From Alphaproteobacteria bacterium MarineAlpha9_Bin6 (lineage in GTDB: Bacteria; Pseudomonadota; Alphaproteobacteria; UBA7887): DNA of 64,000 bases. The position numbers and the translations under genes were made by a program. The DNA lies in NCBI GenBank assembly GCA_002937585.1, contig PTKE01000003.1:40-64039 (forward strand), in the 5' to 3' direction. Every line of letters begins with the position of its first letter. Position 1 is the stretch's first letter. The notes under the pieces are model-generated. The model was not told where the DNA came from and searched no databases. It was given only the letters and a program-made list of their open reading frames with translations. Positions 1 through 10,289 of this stretch are shown here, piece by piece.

Positions 1-215
1 CAGTGCCCGTTCCGTCTGAGTTGCCCACTGCGTTGCATCTCCCTTTCGAACAAAGACTCTAGAAAGCTGCGGCGTTTCTTTATGCCGTATCCTGACACGC
101 CACATCCCTTGAGATTTTGAAATAGAAGCCAAAAATTCCTCCTGTTGTCCTGAAATTGTCCTGACACAGGAGATTTAAATTTTGGATTAGTTGCTAAGTC
201 GTTGAAAGAATTGAC

Positions 216-290
216 CCGATGCGGGCGGATTCGAACCGCCGACCCCTTGTCCCCCAGACAAGTGCGCTAACCAGACTGCGCCACGCTCCG
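216..290 (-). tRNA. tRNA-Pro (anticodon GGG)
   Basis: The reverse complement folds as a cloverleaf. Acceptor is CGGAGCG, D-arm GCGC/agtctggtta/GCGC, anticodon stem CTTGT/ACAAG with loop CTGGGGG (anticodon GGG), a 5-nt variable loop, and T-arm GGCGG-TTCGAAT-CCGCC. CCA is not encoded. The acceptor stem has one A:A mismatch and one G:U pair. Confidence 0.75.
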
Positions 291-412
291 ATTTTGACTC
301 CCTAAGCTAGACGCTTTGAATCACTGAGCAAATAGTACTTTACCTTTCCTCAGCTGCCATCCCTTTTCCAATAAAATAAAGTGTGATTCAGTCAAAGGTG
401 ACTTTGTTTTGG

Positions 413-766
413 CTACCGATGTTGCTCCCACCAATCACTAGCGAGGCGTTGGGCTTCGACGATGTCTCTCTCACCCATCGATGGTTTCAGTACATTTAAC
501 TTAGTTGCCGCTTGTTCGTTTCCATAAGCTTTAGCGACTATCCACCACAAATAGGCACCAGCATAGTTCTCTGGCACGCCACCACCCGTGGCGATCAATC
601 CAAGGTTATACTGAGCAGCCACTAATCCTTGGTTAGCAGCCATTCTGTACCACAATGTTACGCTGACATGCCGGAAGATGGGCAATAAAACCTGCACATC
701 CCCGGCGCGGGACGCCGATACGGCTGTACTACGAAATTCAAACGTCGATCGAGAAAAGAACCGCAA
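413..766 (-). CDS. Sel1/TPR-like repeat protein fragment (possible gene remnant)
   Basis: The C-terminal ~75 aa (AAQYNLGLIATGGGVPENYAGAYLWW...) resembles Sel1 repeats. The N-terminal part is non-repeat and has no signal peptide. It lies next to a tRNA. Likely truncated. Confidence 0.3.
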   Translation of the reverse strand: MRFFSRSTFEFRSTAVSASRAGDVQVLLPIFRHVSVTLWYRMAANQGLVAAQYNLGLIATGGGVPENYAGAYLWWIVAKAYGNEQAATKLNVLKPSMGERDIVEAQRLASDWWEQHR

Positions 767-837
767 GCATCCGAAAGTTTGTCAGAGCAGATAAGCTTTC
801 CGGCAAAACACTGAGTTCTAAAGTTTAATGGCCTATA

Positions 838-1356
838 TCAAAGCATTCCAAGTTGCTTTTGCAGAATCCCGTTTAGCTCTTCCAACTCATGTAAGAGATC
901 CCTAAGTGCACGTCGTTGCGACTCTTCGGGCAAGGAAAATCGGGTCCGCTTTTTATTTTCCAGATCGACTTGTACGTCTCCACTGGTTACCGGCGCTAAT
1001 ACTTTTCCGTCAGCGCGTTCGGAGAGAACGCGTCCACCTCTTTCGCGCAACAGTTTCTGAACTCCTCTGATGGTGTAACCATCCTCATACAGAAATTCCC
1101 GGATTCCAAATAGTTGGCGCACATCTTCTGGGCGGTAATAACGCCGACCGCCCGCACGCTTCATTGGTCGCACCTGAGAAAATTTAGTCTCCCAGAAACG
1201 CAAAACATGTTGGGGGACGTCGAGTGCTGTGCTGACCTCACTGATAGTTCGGAAGGCACCAGCCGACTTTTGGGTACCTTTGACGTTGGAACTGCGCCTA
1301 GTCCTACCCGTAGGTTTCTTTGAATTCGACGCGAGCCGTTCTGATGCCATCGTCAA
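838..1356 (-). CDS. MerR-family transcriptional regulator (the alphaproteobacterial type found downstream of ihfA)
   Basis: Has a MerR HTH-like segment ([24 protein letters not shown]...RRYYRPEDV). Its position after ihfA is conserved in alphaproteobacteria. Confidence 0.65.
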   Translation of the reverse strand: MTMASERLASNSKKPTGRTRRSSNVKGTQKSAGAFRTISEVSTALDVPQHVLRFWETKFSQVRPMKRAGGRRYYRPEDVRQLFGIREFLYEDGYTIRGVQKLLRERGGRVLSERADGKVLAPVTSGDVQVDLENKKRTRFSLPEESQRRALRDLLHELEELNGILQKQLGML

Positions 1357-1368
1357 ACCCCAGACAAA

Positions 1369-1689
1369 TTATTCCCGATCCACTAGAAACACCGACCCAC
1401 CACGATTGATTCGATCTTTAAGTACGTGTGAGGCCCGAAAGACCACTACTCGGCGCGGCAAAATTGGTACTTCCTCTCCAGTCTTTGGGTTACGTCCCAT
1501 CCGACGAGCTTTTTCCCGGATTGTGAAGCTGCCAAAAGATGACATCTTAACGGTTGATCCAGCAGACAAGCTATTGGAAATCTGATCAAACACTGACGCA
1601 ACGAGCTTTCCCGACTCGTCACGGGACAGACCTACTTCCTGAAATACAGCCTCACTGAGTTCTGCCCTAGTAACCGTACGTTTTGCCAC
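1369..1689 (-). CDS. ihfA: integration host factor subunit alpha
   Basis: 106 aa. [26 protein letters not shown]...[23 protein letters not shown] is a typical IHF-alpha/HU fold sequence. Confidence 0.85.
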   Translation of the reverse strand: MAKRTVTRAELSEAVFQEVGLSRDESGKLVASVFDQISNSLSAGSTVKMSSFGSFTIREKARRMGRNPKTGEEVPILPRRVVVFRASHVLKDRINRGGSVFLVDRE

Positions 1690-1857
1690 GGTCTCTTCCC
1701 CATCGGCGTTAAGGTAAAAACTTAAAACAGGTTGGAAAATCCGTCAATATCAATTAGTTGGAAACAATTACTCTTATCACTCTTTTTACCAATACCAACT
1801 GGCTTAATTGAGAGACAACTTAAAACAATGAGCTATTCACAGCATATTGCGTAATAT

Positions 1858-2904
1858 TTAGGCTGTCTCAGTAGACTGTATCCTAGACAATTCCGATATG
1901 ATTCGTTCATTTACACCTTGTTCAATTATATCAACAGCGACGCCAATTGCGTTGGCAAATCCTAGAGAATCCGTGCTGCCGTGGCTTTTCACCGCAACCC
2001 CGTTAAGACCGACAAACATTGCACCATTATGTTTCCGGGGATCTACTTTTTCACGTAAACTCCTGAAAGCTGAGCGTGCCAGCATTCCACCAAGTCGTGC
2101 GCTCAGCGAACTTCGGAGCGAACGACGCAAAAAATCTGAATACGCTTGCGACACTCCCTCAAGAGTCTTGAGCGTGATATTTCCAGTAAACCCGTCAGTC
2201 ACCACAACATCGGTGGTACCAGTGGTCAAGTCATCCCCTTCAACAAACCCGTGAAAATCAAACAATGTATCCTTAGAACGCAAGACATTTGCCACCTCAC
2301 GCAACTCATTTCGTCCCTTAAATTCTTCTTCGCCAACATTCAATAAACCCACGGTCGGCCGGATTACACCCAACACCGCACGGGCCAAAATCCCGCCCAT
2401 CAGTGCAAATTCAATTAAATTTTCTGGCCCACATTCAATGTTGGCACCGAGGTCCAAAAAAACACTCTCGCTACGACGAGTCGGGATCAGCCCTGCAATT
2501 GCTGGCCGACTGATGCCCGGCAGAGTCTTTAATATTAATTTCGACATAGCCATCAACGCGCCGGTATTGCCTGCCGAGACCACCGCGTTTGCACGCCTCT
2601 CTGCAACAGAATTAATAGCGAGCCACATGCTCGATTTACGTCCGCGCCGCACCGCAACGGATGGTTTGGCGTCAGCAGCAACAATGTCTTCCGTATGTAC
2701 TACCTCAGCAACAGCAGCTAGTCTCGAAAAACGTCGCAGCAGCGGACCACATAAAGCATCGTCACCAAAAATCAAAAAATGAGTATTAGGATAACGTTTA
2801 CGTGCGACATCGGCGCCGGCGATAACCATCGGCGGCGCCTGGTCACCACCCATAGCGTCAAGTGCTATTGTATTTACATTGGGCATCTTGAATTGCCCGG
2901 CCAC
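1858..2904 (-). CDS. plsX: phosphate acyltransferase PlsX
   Basis: 348 aa with PlsX-like sequence throughout. Sits in the conserved yceD-rpmF-plsX arrangement. Confidence 0.85.
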   Translation of the reverse strand: MAGQFKMPNVNTIALDAMGGDQAPPMVIAGADVARKRYPNTHFLIFGDDALCGPLLRRFSRLAAVAEVVHTEDIVAADAKPSVAVRRGRKSSMWLAINSVAERRANAVVSAGNTGALMAMSKLILKTLPGISRPAIAGLIPTRRSESVFLDLGANIECGPENLIEFALMGGILARAVLGVIRPTVGLLNVGEEEFKGRNELREVANVLRSKDTLFDFHGFVEGDDLTTGTTDVVVTDGFTGNITLKTLEGVSQAYSDFLRRSLRSSLSARLGGMLARSAFRSLREKVDPRKHNGAMFVGLNGVAVKSHGSTDSLGFANAIGVAVDIIEQGVNERIISELSRIQSTETA

Positions 2905-2921
2905 GGCTCCCAGACACCGTC

Positions 2922-3104
2922 CTAAAGCCGGTCAACCGAAATCACCTCCCGGCCTTGGTAATGCCCACATGCCGCACACACATGGTGTGATCTTTTTAAT
3001 TCACCACAGTTTGGGCACTCAATAACATTTACCCTTACTAGCGAGTGATGGGAACGACGCTTATCGCGCCGAGACCGAGTGACCTTTTTCTTTGGAACTG
3101 CCAT
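2922..3104 (-). CDS. rpmF: 50S ribosomal protein L32
   Basis: 60 aa. [20 protein letters not shown] with a C-x2-C...C-x2-C zinc ribbon. Confidence 0.9.
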   Translation of the reverse strand: MAVPKKKVTRSRRDKRRSHHSLVRVNVIECPNCGELKRSHHVCAACGHYQGREVISVDRL

Positions 3105-3292
3105 AGTGCCAGAGCCTCAATCAAAAGCTGTCAGGAGGGCGTTATTAGTCAAACTCTCGGTATGGAGCAACCCCTCGTTGCAATTTTTGAATTACCTGTT
3201 CTAATTATGCAATAATTTTACGTAAATTTTTTAAGGGTCTCTCTAGAGGCTCCAAGTCCACATCGACGCCATCCGCGCTCTCTTTCACAAAT

Positions 3293-3769
3293 TCAGGCAA
3301 TGCAGCATCCGGGTGACGCGGGTAGGGATCGAGCAATAACGCCAAAATGCTCTGCTATGAAACCACCGATCTCTAACCTTCCATCAGAGAAAAACTCGGG
3401 AGGATCCGGATCCTCCAAGGTGAACGAATTACGCTTATATGTTGAAGCAGAGATACTTGCGAACACGACAGAATAGCGATCGTCCACATGTTTTTCGATT
3501 GGACGCAAACTGATAACAGAGTTTTGTACAAAGTCCGCGGAAAGATAACCATCTAGGTAGATCCTCTCGTCATCATTTGCACGCTGCAATAGACAAACCT
3601 CGGCCGCTAATCTTCTTATACCGATGAGACCAAACCGACGAGCCAATAAATCACGTTCGTCATTTTCAGCTGAAAGAGATAATTTCAGCCCATCTTCCCC
3701 TATGTCCAACGCTTGGACCGTACGGCTAAATTCATGTGACCGCATAGTAACATCCACTATTAGCATCAT
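3293..3769 (-). CDS. yceD: YceD/DUF177 family protein (large ribosomal subunit accumulation protein)
   Basis: 158 aa acidic protein directly upstream of rpmF-plsX, matching the conserved synteny. Confidence 0.55.
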   Translation of the reverse strand: MMLIVDVTMRSHEFSRTVQALDIGEDGLKLSLSAENDERDLLARRFGLIGIRRLAAEVCLLQRANDDERIYLDGYLSADFVQNSVISLRPIEKHVDDRYSVVFASISASTYKRNSFTLEDPDPPEFFSDGRLEIGGFIAEHFGVIARSLPASPGCCIA

Positions 3770-3802
3770 TTTGTGGCAGCGGGGAAGCGACCTCTCCCCT
3801 CA

Positions 3803-4423
3803 TCAAATTTCGCAACCGTGATATACTCCTCCGATTAGCCGGCGCATATAATCAGTCATCACGTGAACCCCAATGTCAGTCATAGGCCCGGCATAAGGGT
3901 AAAGGTTGCCAGATAATGCCCTTCCCAACGCTTCGTCTCCATCTTCAAAACCAGCCTCGTAGGTCATCAACCACACTTGAGCAATACCAGCCATATTCTT
4001 AACTTTACGATCAATTCTTAAATCTCCAACTCCCAGTTGGCGTAACACCCAGTCCATATCCTCTACTATTGCATCAACTAGTTCTTGGCTGATGGCTGCC
4101 GCTTTATAGTCACGGCAAAAGCACTACAACAACATGCATAGGTACAGCACAATTAACTTGAACGGACCCTCTACGTTGTCTTGAACTTTTGGGACGGGGT
4201 CAAAAATAGGTTGTCGTACCTGCATCACGATCCATTGATAAAGTTTACACCAGACCGCACGATGGATCACACGAGAACGACGTACTTCTTTCAATTTCCC
4301 CAGACAGTTGATCAATTCCTCACCATTGACAGACTTGATATGGGCTGCAATTTTTGCTGCAGTAATTTTTGAGTGTGAAGGTACGGTAAAAACCGAAAAG
4401 TTCGATGACCCATTGTTCTCCAC
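3803..4423 (-). pseudogene. ubiquinol-cytochrome c chaperone family (Cbp3-like) gene interrupted by one in-frame TAG
   Basis: ORFs 4124..4423 and 3803..4057 are in the same frame, separated only by TAG at 4124-4126 (minus strand). Both halves align to the Ubiq_cyt_C_chap family (...QPIFDPVPKVQDNVEGPFKLIVLYLCMLL * ...QELVDAIVEDMDWVLRQLGVGDLRIDRKVKNMAGIA...). Confidence 0.5.
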
Positions 4424-4920
4424 ACAATCAACTCACTAAATCCACCGGCAGATCCCATTGCTCCAACCGAATCCACGCACTCTTATGTTTTGTTCCCGTC
4501 CTTATACTTTGGGCCTGCGAACCGCGTATCGTCACGCATGGCTTTATGCCCCGAGACGAATTGATTGAACAATTATCGCCAGGCGATCAAGACAAGCGTA
4601 TGGTCAGCCAACTTATGGGCACACCTTCATCCGTGGGAATCTTTGACGATGACGTCTGGTACTACGTTACGCAACGCACTGAAAACAAAGGTTTCTTAAA
4701 GCCTCTGCTGATGGATCAGCAGGTTTTAGCGCTAGAGTTTGACGAACAAGAAATACTCCAGTCTATAGAAAGATACGGCTTAGAAGATGCCCAGTTGATC
4801 GAGCCACTTGATGGCAAAACGCCAACTGTCGGCCGAAAGTTGACTATTCTGCAACAATTGTTTGGCAATTTTGGACGCTTCAGTGATGATGATGGAGGGG
4901 CGGGCGGTTACGGGCCCTGA
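4405..4920 (+). CDS. bamE: outer membrane protein assembly factor BamE (SmpA/OmlA family lipoprotein)
   Basis: BamE-like core (HGFMPRDELIEQLSPGDQDKRMVSQLMGTPS...DDDVWYYV). A hydrophobic leader ends in a LWAC lipobox-like motif. The true start is uncertain and overlaps the upstream gene. Confidence 0.6.
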   Translation: MTHCSPHNQLTKSTGRSHCSNRIHALLCFVPVLILWACEPRIVTHGFMPRDELIEQLSPGDQDKRMVSQLMGTPSSVGIFDDDVWYYVTQRTENKGFLKPLLMDQQVLALEFDEQEILQSIERYGLEDAQLIEPLDGKTPTVGRKLTILQQLFGNFGRFSDDDGGAGGYGP

Positions 4921-4982
4921 TCCCGTCAGGCCAACTGCCGATGTCATTGACACGAAATTCGTTACTGTCTCCAAACACTCCA

Positions 4983-7061
4983 CTAAGCTAATACAGCCAA
5001 TAACAGGATAGCTACAATGTTCGTGATCTTGATCATTGGATTTACAGCAGGGCCGGCCGTGTCTTTATAAGGATCCCCGACCGTGTCTCCCGTTACTGAT
5101 GCCTTGTGAGCCTCGGAGCCCTTACCTCCATGATTTCCGTCCTCGATATACTTCTTCGCATTGTCCCATGCTCCACCCCCTGAGGTCATTGAAATTGCAA
5201 CAAAAATTCCAGTTACTATAGTTCCAAGTAGCATAGCACCGAGCGTGGTAAATGCTGCTCCCTGCCCTGCAACAAGTAAAATCACAAAATAGACCAGTAC
5301 CGGTGCCAACACTGGCAGCAAAGACGGCACGATCATTTCCTTGATTGCGGCCCGTGTCAGCAGGTCGACTGCCCGACTGTATTCTGGGCGTGCCGTACCT
5401 TCCATTATTCCAGGGATTTCCTTGAACTGACGGCGCACTTCAACCACTACAGCAGCCCCTGCACGCCCCACGGCCATCATTCCCAACGCACAGAACAAAT
5501 AAGGCATCAAGCCACCTAAGAACAAACCAATAACTACGAAAGGACTTTGCAACTCAAACCTGATGTCGAGATGCGGAAAATAACGCCCTAGATCCTCAGT
5601 ATAAACGGCAAACAAGACCAAAGCTGCAAGACCAGCCGACCCAATCGCGTAGCCCTTTGTAACTGCTTTCGTTGTGTTACCAACCGCATCAAGCGCATCC
5701 GTCGTTTTCCGAACCTCCTCCGGCAAGTCAGCCATTTCAGCAATGCCGCCCGCGTTATCAGTTACAGGCCCGTATGCATCCAGAGCAACCACCATTCCGG
5801 CTAACGCCAACATTGTAGTTGCGGCAATCGCCAGGCCAAAGATTCCGGCTGTCATGAATGCGGCGATGATCCCAGCACAAATCACCAGCACCGGCAGCGC
5901 AGTCGCCTCCATCGAGATTGCTAGACCCTGAATAATATTCGTGGCATGGCCAGTCTCAGAAGAACGTGCCACACTCTTGACTGGGCGATGCTCAGTTCCG
6001 GTGTAATACTCGGTAATCCAAACTAGTAAGCCGGTTACCGCCAACCCCACTATCCCACAGATGAAAATGTCCTGGCCGGTTACGGACCCATCACCCATAC
6101 GGTAACTGGTGTCGAACCCAATCATTTGCTCAGTCGCGATTGCTATCAGTAGAGCCGAAATTACCGCCGACGCAATGAAACCTTTATAGAGAGCACCCAT
6201 GATGTTTCCGCTTTTACCAAGCCTAACGAAAAAGGTGCCGATTATCGATCCGACGATACATACAGCACCGATCACGAGAGGGAATTGCATCATGAGAGCG
6301 TGGTCTGAAGGATCAAAAAATATCGCCCCCAAAAGCATCGTCGCTACCACGGTGACGGCATATGTCTCAAAAAGATCTGCCGCCATACCAGCACAGTCTC
6401 CAACGTTATCACCCACGTTATCTGCAATCACTGCCGCGTTACGTGGATCATCCTCGGGAATACCCGCCTCAATTTTGCCAACCAAATCAGCACCTACATC
6501 CGCCCCCTTCGTGAAAATTCCGCCCCCGAGACGGGCAAATATTGATATTAATGAAGCACCAAAGCTTAGACCAACTAATGCCTCAAGTAGGGTCCGCGTC
6601 TCAACCCCGTTCGCAAGAAGAATGGCGTAATAGACACTTACCGCCAACAACCCAAGACCAACCACCAAAAAGCCTGTTACCGCGCCTGATCTGAACGCAA
6701 TTGATAAAGCCGGGGCTACACCCTCACGTGCAGCTTGAGCGGTTCGTGAATTTGCACGTACGGAGACGTTCATCCCGATGTAACCAGCGGCGGCAGACAG
6801 CACCGCCCCTATCAAATAACCTACGCCTACTTCAGCACCTAGTAGCGCCCACAAGATTCCCCCAATTACAATTCCCACCACAGCAATAGCGCGATATTGG
6901 CGATTAAGGTAAGCATTCGCGCCCTCCTGGATAGCTTCTGCAATTTCCCTCATCCGTTCGTTACCTGGATCGGCGGCGAGGACTTGCCGGGTGGTAAAAA
7001 GCCCATAAAGAACTGCTAAAGTCCCACATGTGATGGACAAAATTAACGCTGTAGACATCAA
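4983..7061 (-). CDS. hppA: membrane-bound proton-translocating pyrophosphatase
   Basis: 692 aa polytopic protein with hallmark H+-PPase motifs ([38 protein letters not shown]). Confidence 0.9.
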   Translation of the reverse strand: MMSTALILSITCGTLAVLYGLFTTRQVLAADPGNERMREIAEAIQEGANAYLNRQYRAIAVVGIVIGGILWALLGAEVGVGYLIGAVLSAAAGYIGMNVSVRANSRTAQAAREGVAPALSIAFRSGAVTGFLVVGLGLLAVSVYYAILLANGVETRTLLEALVGLSFGASLISIFARLGGGIFTKGADVGADLVGKIEAGIPEDDPRNAAVIADNVGDNVGDCAGMAADLFETYAVTVVATMLLGAIFFDPSDHALMMQFPLVIGAVCIVGSIIGTFFVRLGKSGNIMGALYKGFIASAVISALLIAIATEQMIGFDTSYRMGDGSVTGQDIFICGIVGLAVTGLLVWITEYYTGTEHRPVKSVARSSETGHATNIIQGLAISMEATALPVLVICAGIIAAFMTAGIFGLAIAATTMLALAGMVVALDAYGPVTDNAGGIAEMADLPEEVRKTTDALDAVGNTTKAVTKGYAIGSAGLAALVLFAVYTEDLGRYFPHLDIRFELQSPFVVIGLFLGGLMPYLFCALGMMAVGRAGAAVVVEVRRQFKEIPGIMEGTARPEYSRAVDLLTRAAIKEMIVPSLLPVLAPVLVYFVILLVAGQGAAFTTLGAMLLGTIVTGIFVAISMTSGGGAWDNAKKYIEDGNHGGKGSEAHKASVTGDTVGDPYKDTAGPAVNPMIKITNIVAILLLAVLA

Positions 7062-7218
7062 CTACGAATCCTTTTGTTCACAAAAATATGCCAATAATCT
7101 TTCGCGACATCTCACGAAACCAACCGCAACACTGACGATTAAGGCGGGCGGACCATGCCAGAGCCGATGGCCTAACGCAAGGCACGCTATGCGGTGCCCG
7201 AATTACCTACTACAGGTC

Positions 7219-8202
7219 TCAGAAATGTTGGTAACCAGCTTTCTGGATTCGGATCTCACTACCATCTGTATCGAGTACAACCACTCCGGGAGTATCCACC
7301 ACCTCACCAATTTCCGTTATCATTACGCCTGTACTTGAAGCAATCCTGGCGAGTGCATCGCGTGCGGCCGCTGGTGCTGTAAAAACAAGCTCATAGTCAT
7401 CACCAAATGACAAAAAATTGGGTAGCAGATCTGGTGCCATGTCAAGCGCAGCACGCGCTCCCGTCGATAGCGGTATGGAAGAAACATTCAGCTGCGCACC
7501 CACCCTGGCAAGCGCACAAATATGGCCTAAATCGGCAACTAGTCCATCGGACACGTCAGTTACCGCGTGCGCAATTCCAATTAACGCTTGCCCTAAAGCT
7601 ATACGTGGTTCGGGTCGTAGAAAACGGGTCTTTAACCCTGTCGCCTGCGTCTTAGTTAGCGACTCCAACTCGCCACGAAGGAGCTTAAGGCCAAGACTCG
7701 CATCTCCGATGTTGCCGGAGACAAAAATCCTGTCACCTGCTTTTGCGCCCGCTCTCGTGAGAGCCTGACCCTTTGGAATTCGTCCAAGTGCCGTGATCGA
7801 GAGCGTCAAAGGGCCTGGGGTCATTACCGTATCACCGCCAATTAAATTTAACTGATAAGTTTTTTGGTCTAAAGCTAGCTGAGCAACAAAACGTTCAAGC
7901 CATGTTTCGGTGATACCGGCTGGTGCAGCTAAAGCGAGTAAATAGCTAACAGGCCGAGAACCCATCGCGGCCAGATCACTGAGATTAACGCGAAGTGCTC
8001 GCGCCGCGACGTCCTCTGGCTCGTCCTCGCTTCTAAAATGCACACCACAAACTAACGCGTCACAGGTTACGACAATTTCGTAGCCTGGCTCGTGTGAAAC
8101 CAGCGCAGCATCGTCTGTAAGGCCCAATGCTCCCGCACAAGCATTGGTTAGCGGAGTAAAGTATTTTGAGATTAAGCCAAACTCATTGACCGATCGCGGC
8201 AT
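7219..8202 (-). CDS. thiL: thiamine-monophosphate kinase
   Basis: 327 aa AIR-synthase-related fold, positioned after nusB as in many bacteria. Confidence 0.8.
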   Translation of the reverse strand: MPRSVNEFGLISKYFTPLTNACAGALGLTDDAALVSHEPGYEIVVTCDALVCGVHFRSEDEPEDVAARALRVNLSDLAAMGSRPVSYLLALAAPAGITETWLERFVAQLALDQKTYQLNLIGGDTVMTPGPLTLSITALGRIPKGQALTRAGAKAGDRIFVSGNIGDASLGLKLLRGELESLTKTQATGLKTRFLRPEPRIALGQALIGIAHAVTDVSDGLVADLGHICALARVGAQLNVSSIPLSTGARAALDMAPDLLPNFLSFGDDYELVFTAPAAARDALARIASSTGVMITEIGEVVDTPGVVVLDTDGSEIRIQKAGYQHF

Positions 8203-8689
8203 TTACCTCGGAATCCTTTTCCGATCTATCCGATGTCATTTCCTGGGTCCGCAAGGCTCTCGCCAAACGATCGAGCGCAGCATTCACGAATCCAGTTTCC
8301 TCCAAGCCGTGAAATCCGCGCGCAATATCAACGTATTCCTTGATGACAACCCTAGCTGGCACATCTGACCGCGCTATCAATTCGTAACACGCAGCTCTCA
8401 ACAAAGCGCGCATAGTCGCACCAAGACGGTCCATCGACCACTCACGAGACAACACAGTAGCAATATGGTCATCTAGCGAACCATGATCCTGATCGACCTT
8501 CGCAACTATATGGGCAAATAATTCATCATCGATATCATATGCCTCCTCATCGACACCGATAGCGCCCTCTTGATGCGTTAGGAACTGAGCAATTACGGCT
8601 CCGCACGGCTGGCCCGAAATCTCAATTTGATAAAGTACCTGCACAATAGCTAGTCTCGTCGCACTGCGAAAATCATGCCGCCACAACAC
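8183..8689 (-). CDS. nusB: transcription antitermination factor NusB
   Basis: 168 aa NusB-like protein in the ribH-nusB-thiL arrangement. Confidence 0.8.
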   Translation of the reverse strand: MLWRHDFRSATRLAIVQVLYQIEISGQPCGAVIAQFLTHQEGAIGVDEEAYDIDDELFAHIVAKVDQDHGSLDDHIATVLSREWSMDRLGATMRALLRAACYELIARSDVPARVVIKEYVDIARGFHGLEETGFVNAALDRLARALRTQEMTSDRSEKDSEVNAAIGQ

Positions 8690-8704
8690 GTGCCTGACTC
8701 CCCC

Positions 8705-9163
8705 TCACCCTTGCGCCGTAAAGCGGCGACGAATTTCAACCATCCGAAGACATGCCGATGCCGTGTCACGACCTTTGTTTCGTCGGTCCACCGCCGCGCG
8801 CTCCCATGCCTGATCCCGAGTGTCAGTTGTCAAAATACCGTAGCCAACAGCTAATTGCAGACGAGTAGCCAAATCTGACAAAGCCCGCGCGCTTTCAGTG
8901 CATACGTAGTCAAAGTGGCTGGTTTCGCCGCGAATCACACAACCCAAAGCTATATAACCATCGAACAAACCCGATAAACTCGCAAATCGCAAAGCAGCAG
9001 GTAACTCAAACGCGCCTGGCACATCTATAACTTCCCAGCTCGCATTAGCCGATCTTAACTCACCGGTCGCGCCAGCCAATAATTGGTCGGCGATATCGTC
9101 ATAATATCGCGATAAAGCAATCAGAATGTGAGAATCTCCATGCTCTTTAGACATCTGTAGCAC
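8705..9163 (-). CDS. ribH: 6,7-dimethyl-8-ribityllumazine synthase
   Basis: 152 aa lumazine-synthase-like protein in a riboflavin operon context. Confidence 0.85.
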   Translation of the reverse strand: MLQMSKEHGDSHILIALSRYYDDIADQLLAGATGELRSANASWEVIDVPGAFELPAALRFASLSGLFDGYIALGCVIRGETSHFDYVCTESARALSDLATRLQLAVGYGILTTDTRDQAWERAAVDRRNKGRDTASACLRMVEIRRRFTAQG

Positions 9164-10289
9164 CTATTGGCCGTCTTTCCACAACACGAAGGCCGAATCC
9201 GTCTAACCCAACAAAAGCACGTTCCACATTTGATAGGAGAATCATCTCTGAAACCCCTAAATCGAGCAAAATTTGCGCCCCAACGCCGACATCACGCCAC
9301 GAGCCCTCAGTTCTACCCTCCTGTGCACTCTTTCCAACGAGTGTCGACACAGTGGTTGGAAGAACATCGCGGATCAATATCACTACGCCACGATTCGCAT
9401 CTCGGATAATTTCCATTGCGCCATGCAGATCATGAGCGCTATTGCTGTTCATATCACCCAATAGATCAGCTACGATATTGACCGCGTGAACTCGAACCAA
9501 CACGGGATCCGGCGTAGAGACATCGCCTTTTACCAGAGCAATGTGTTCTGCATATTCGACTGTATTTTTATAAACGATCATGCGAAAGCGGCCACCGTAA
9601 TGACTATCAAATTCTCTTTCGACTATCACCTCAACCAAACGCTCGGTGCGCCTACGGTAGGCAATCAAGTCAGAGATAGTTGCCATGCGAAGAGCATGGC
9701 GTTGGCAAAATATCACCAAATCATCATACCGGGCCATGGTCCCATCATCGTTCATAATTTCGCAGATAACACCAGCAGGTATTAGATCAGCCAAACGAGC
9801 TATATCAATGGCCGCCTCCGTGTGGCCTGCACGTACCAATACACCGCCATCCCGCGCTTCTAGTGGGAACACGTGCCCGGGGGTGTTAATCTCTTTAGCT
9901 GTAGAATGCGGGTCGATTGCGACCCGAACCGTATGGGCTCTGTCTGCCGCTGAAATGCCCGTGGTTACGCCTTCAGCAGCTTCAATTGAAGTTAGGAAAG
10001 CTGTCTCAAATCGGGACCTATTTCGCCGCTCCATTGGCTTTAGTCCAAGTTCGCGGACCCGTTCGTGGGGCAAGGCAAGGCATATCAGACCACGACCAAA
10101 CTTAGCCATAAAATTAATCGCCTCGGGCGTTGCCATCTGCGCGGGGATCACGAGATCGCCTTCATTTTCACGATCCTTGTCATCAACAAGGACGAACATA
10201 CGCCCGTTGCTAGCCTCATCGAGGATCTCCTCTATCGAGGATAAAAAGTCCGGGTTACGGTCAGTATTTTCTAGAGCAGCAGCGGTCAT
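9147..10289 (-). CDS. ribBA: bifunctional 3,4-dihydroxy-2-butanone-4-phosphate synthase / GTP cyclohydrolase II
   Basis: 380 aa. N-terminal DHBP synthase motif (MFVLVDDKDRENEGDLV) followed by a GTP cyclohydrolase II-like C-terminus. Confidence 0.85.
   Translation of the reverse strand: MTAAALENTDRNPDFLSSIEEILDEASNGRMFVLVDDKDRENEGDLVIPAQMATPEAINFMAKFGRGLICLALPHERVRELGLKPMERRNRSRFETAFLTSIEAAEGVTTGISAADRAHTVRVAIDPHSTAKEINTPGHVFPLEARDGGVLVRAGHTEAAIDIARLADLIPAGVICEIMNDDGTMARYDDLVIFCQRHALRMATISDLIAYRRRTERLVEVIVEREFDSHYGGRFRMIVYKNTVEYAEHIALVKGDVSTPDPVLVRVHAVNIVADLLGDMNSNSAHDLHGAMEIIRDANRGVVILIRDVLPTTVSTLVGKSAQEGRTEGSWRDVGVGAQILLDLGVSEMILLSNVERAFVGLDGFGLRVVERRPIGATDV

Noticed and set aside
1114-1585. 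Two overlapping plus-strand ORFs (69 aa and 118 aa)
   Set aside because: They are antisense to the MerR-family regulator and ihfA. They are low complexity with no motifs.
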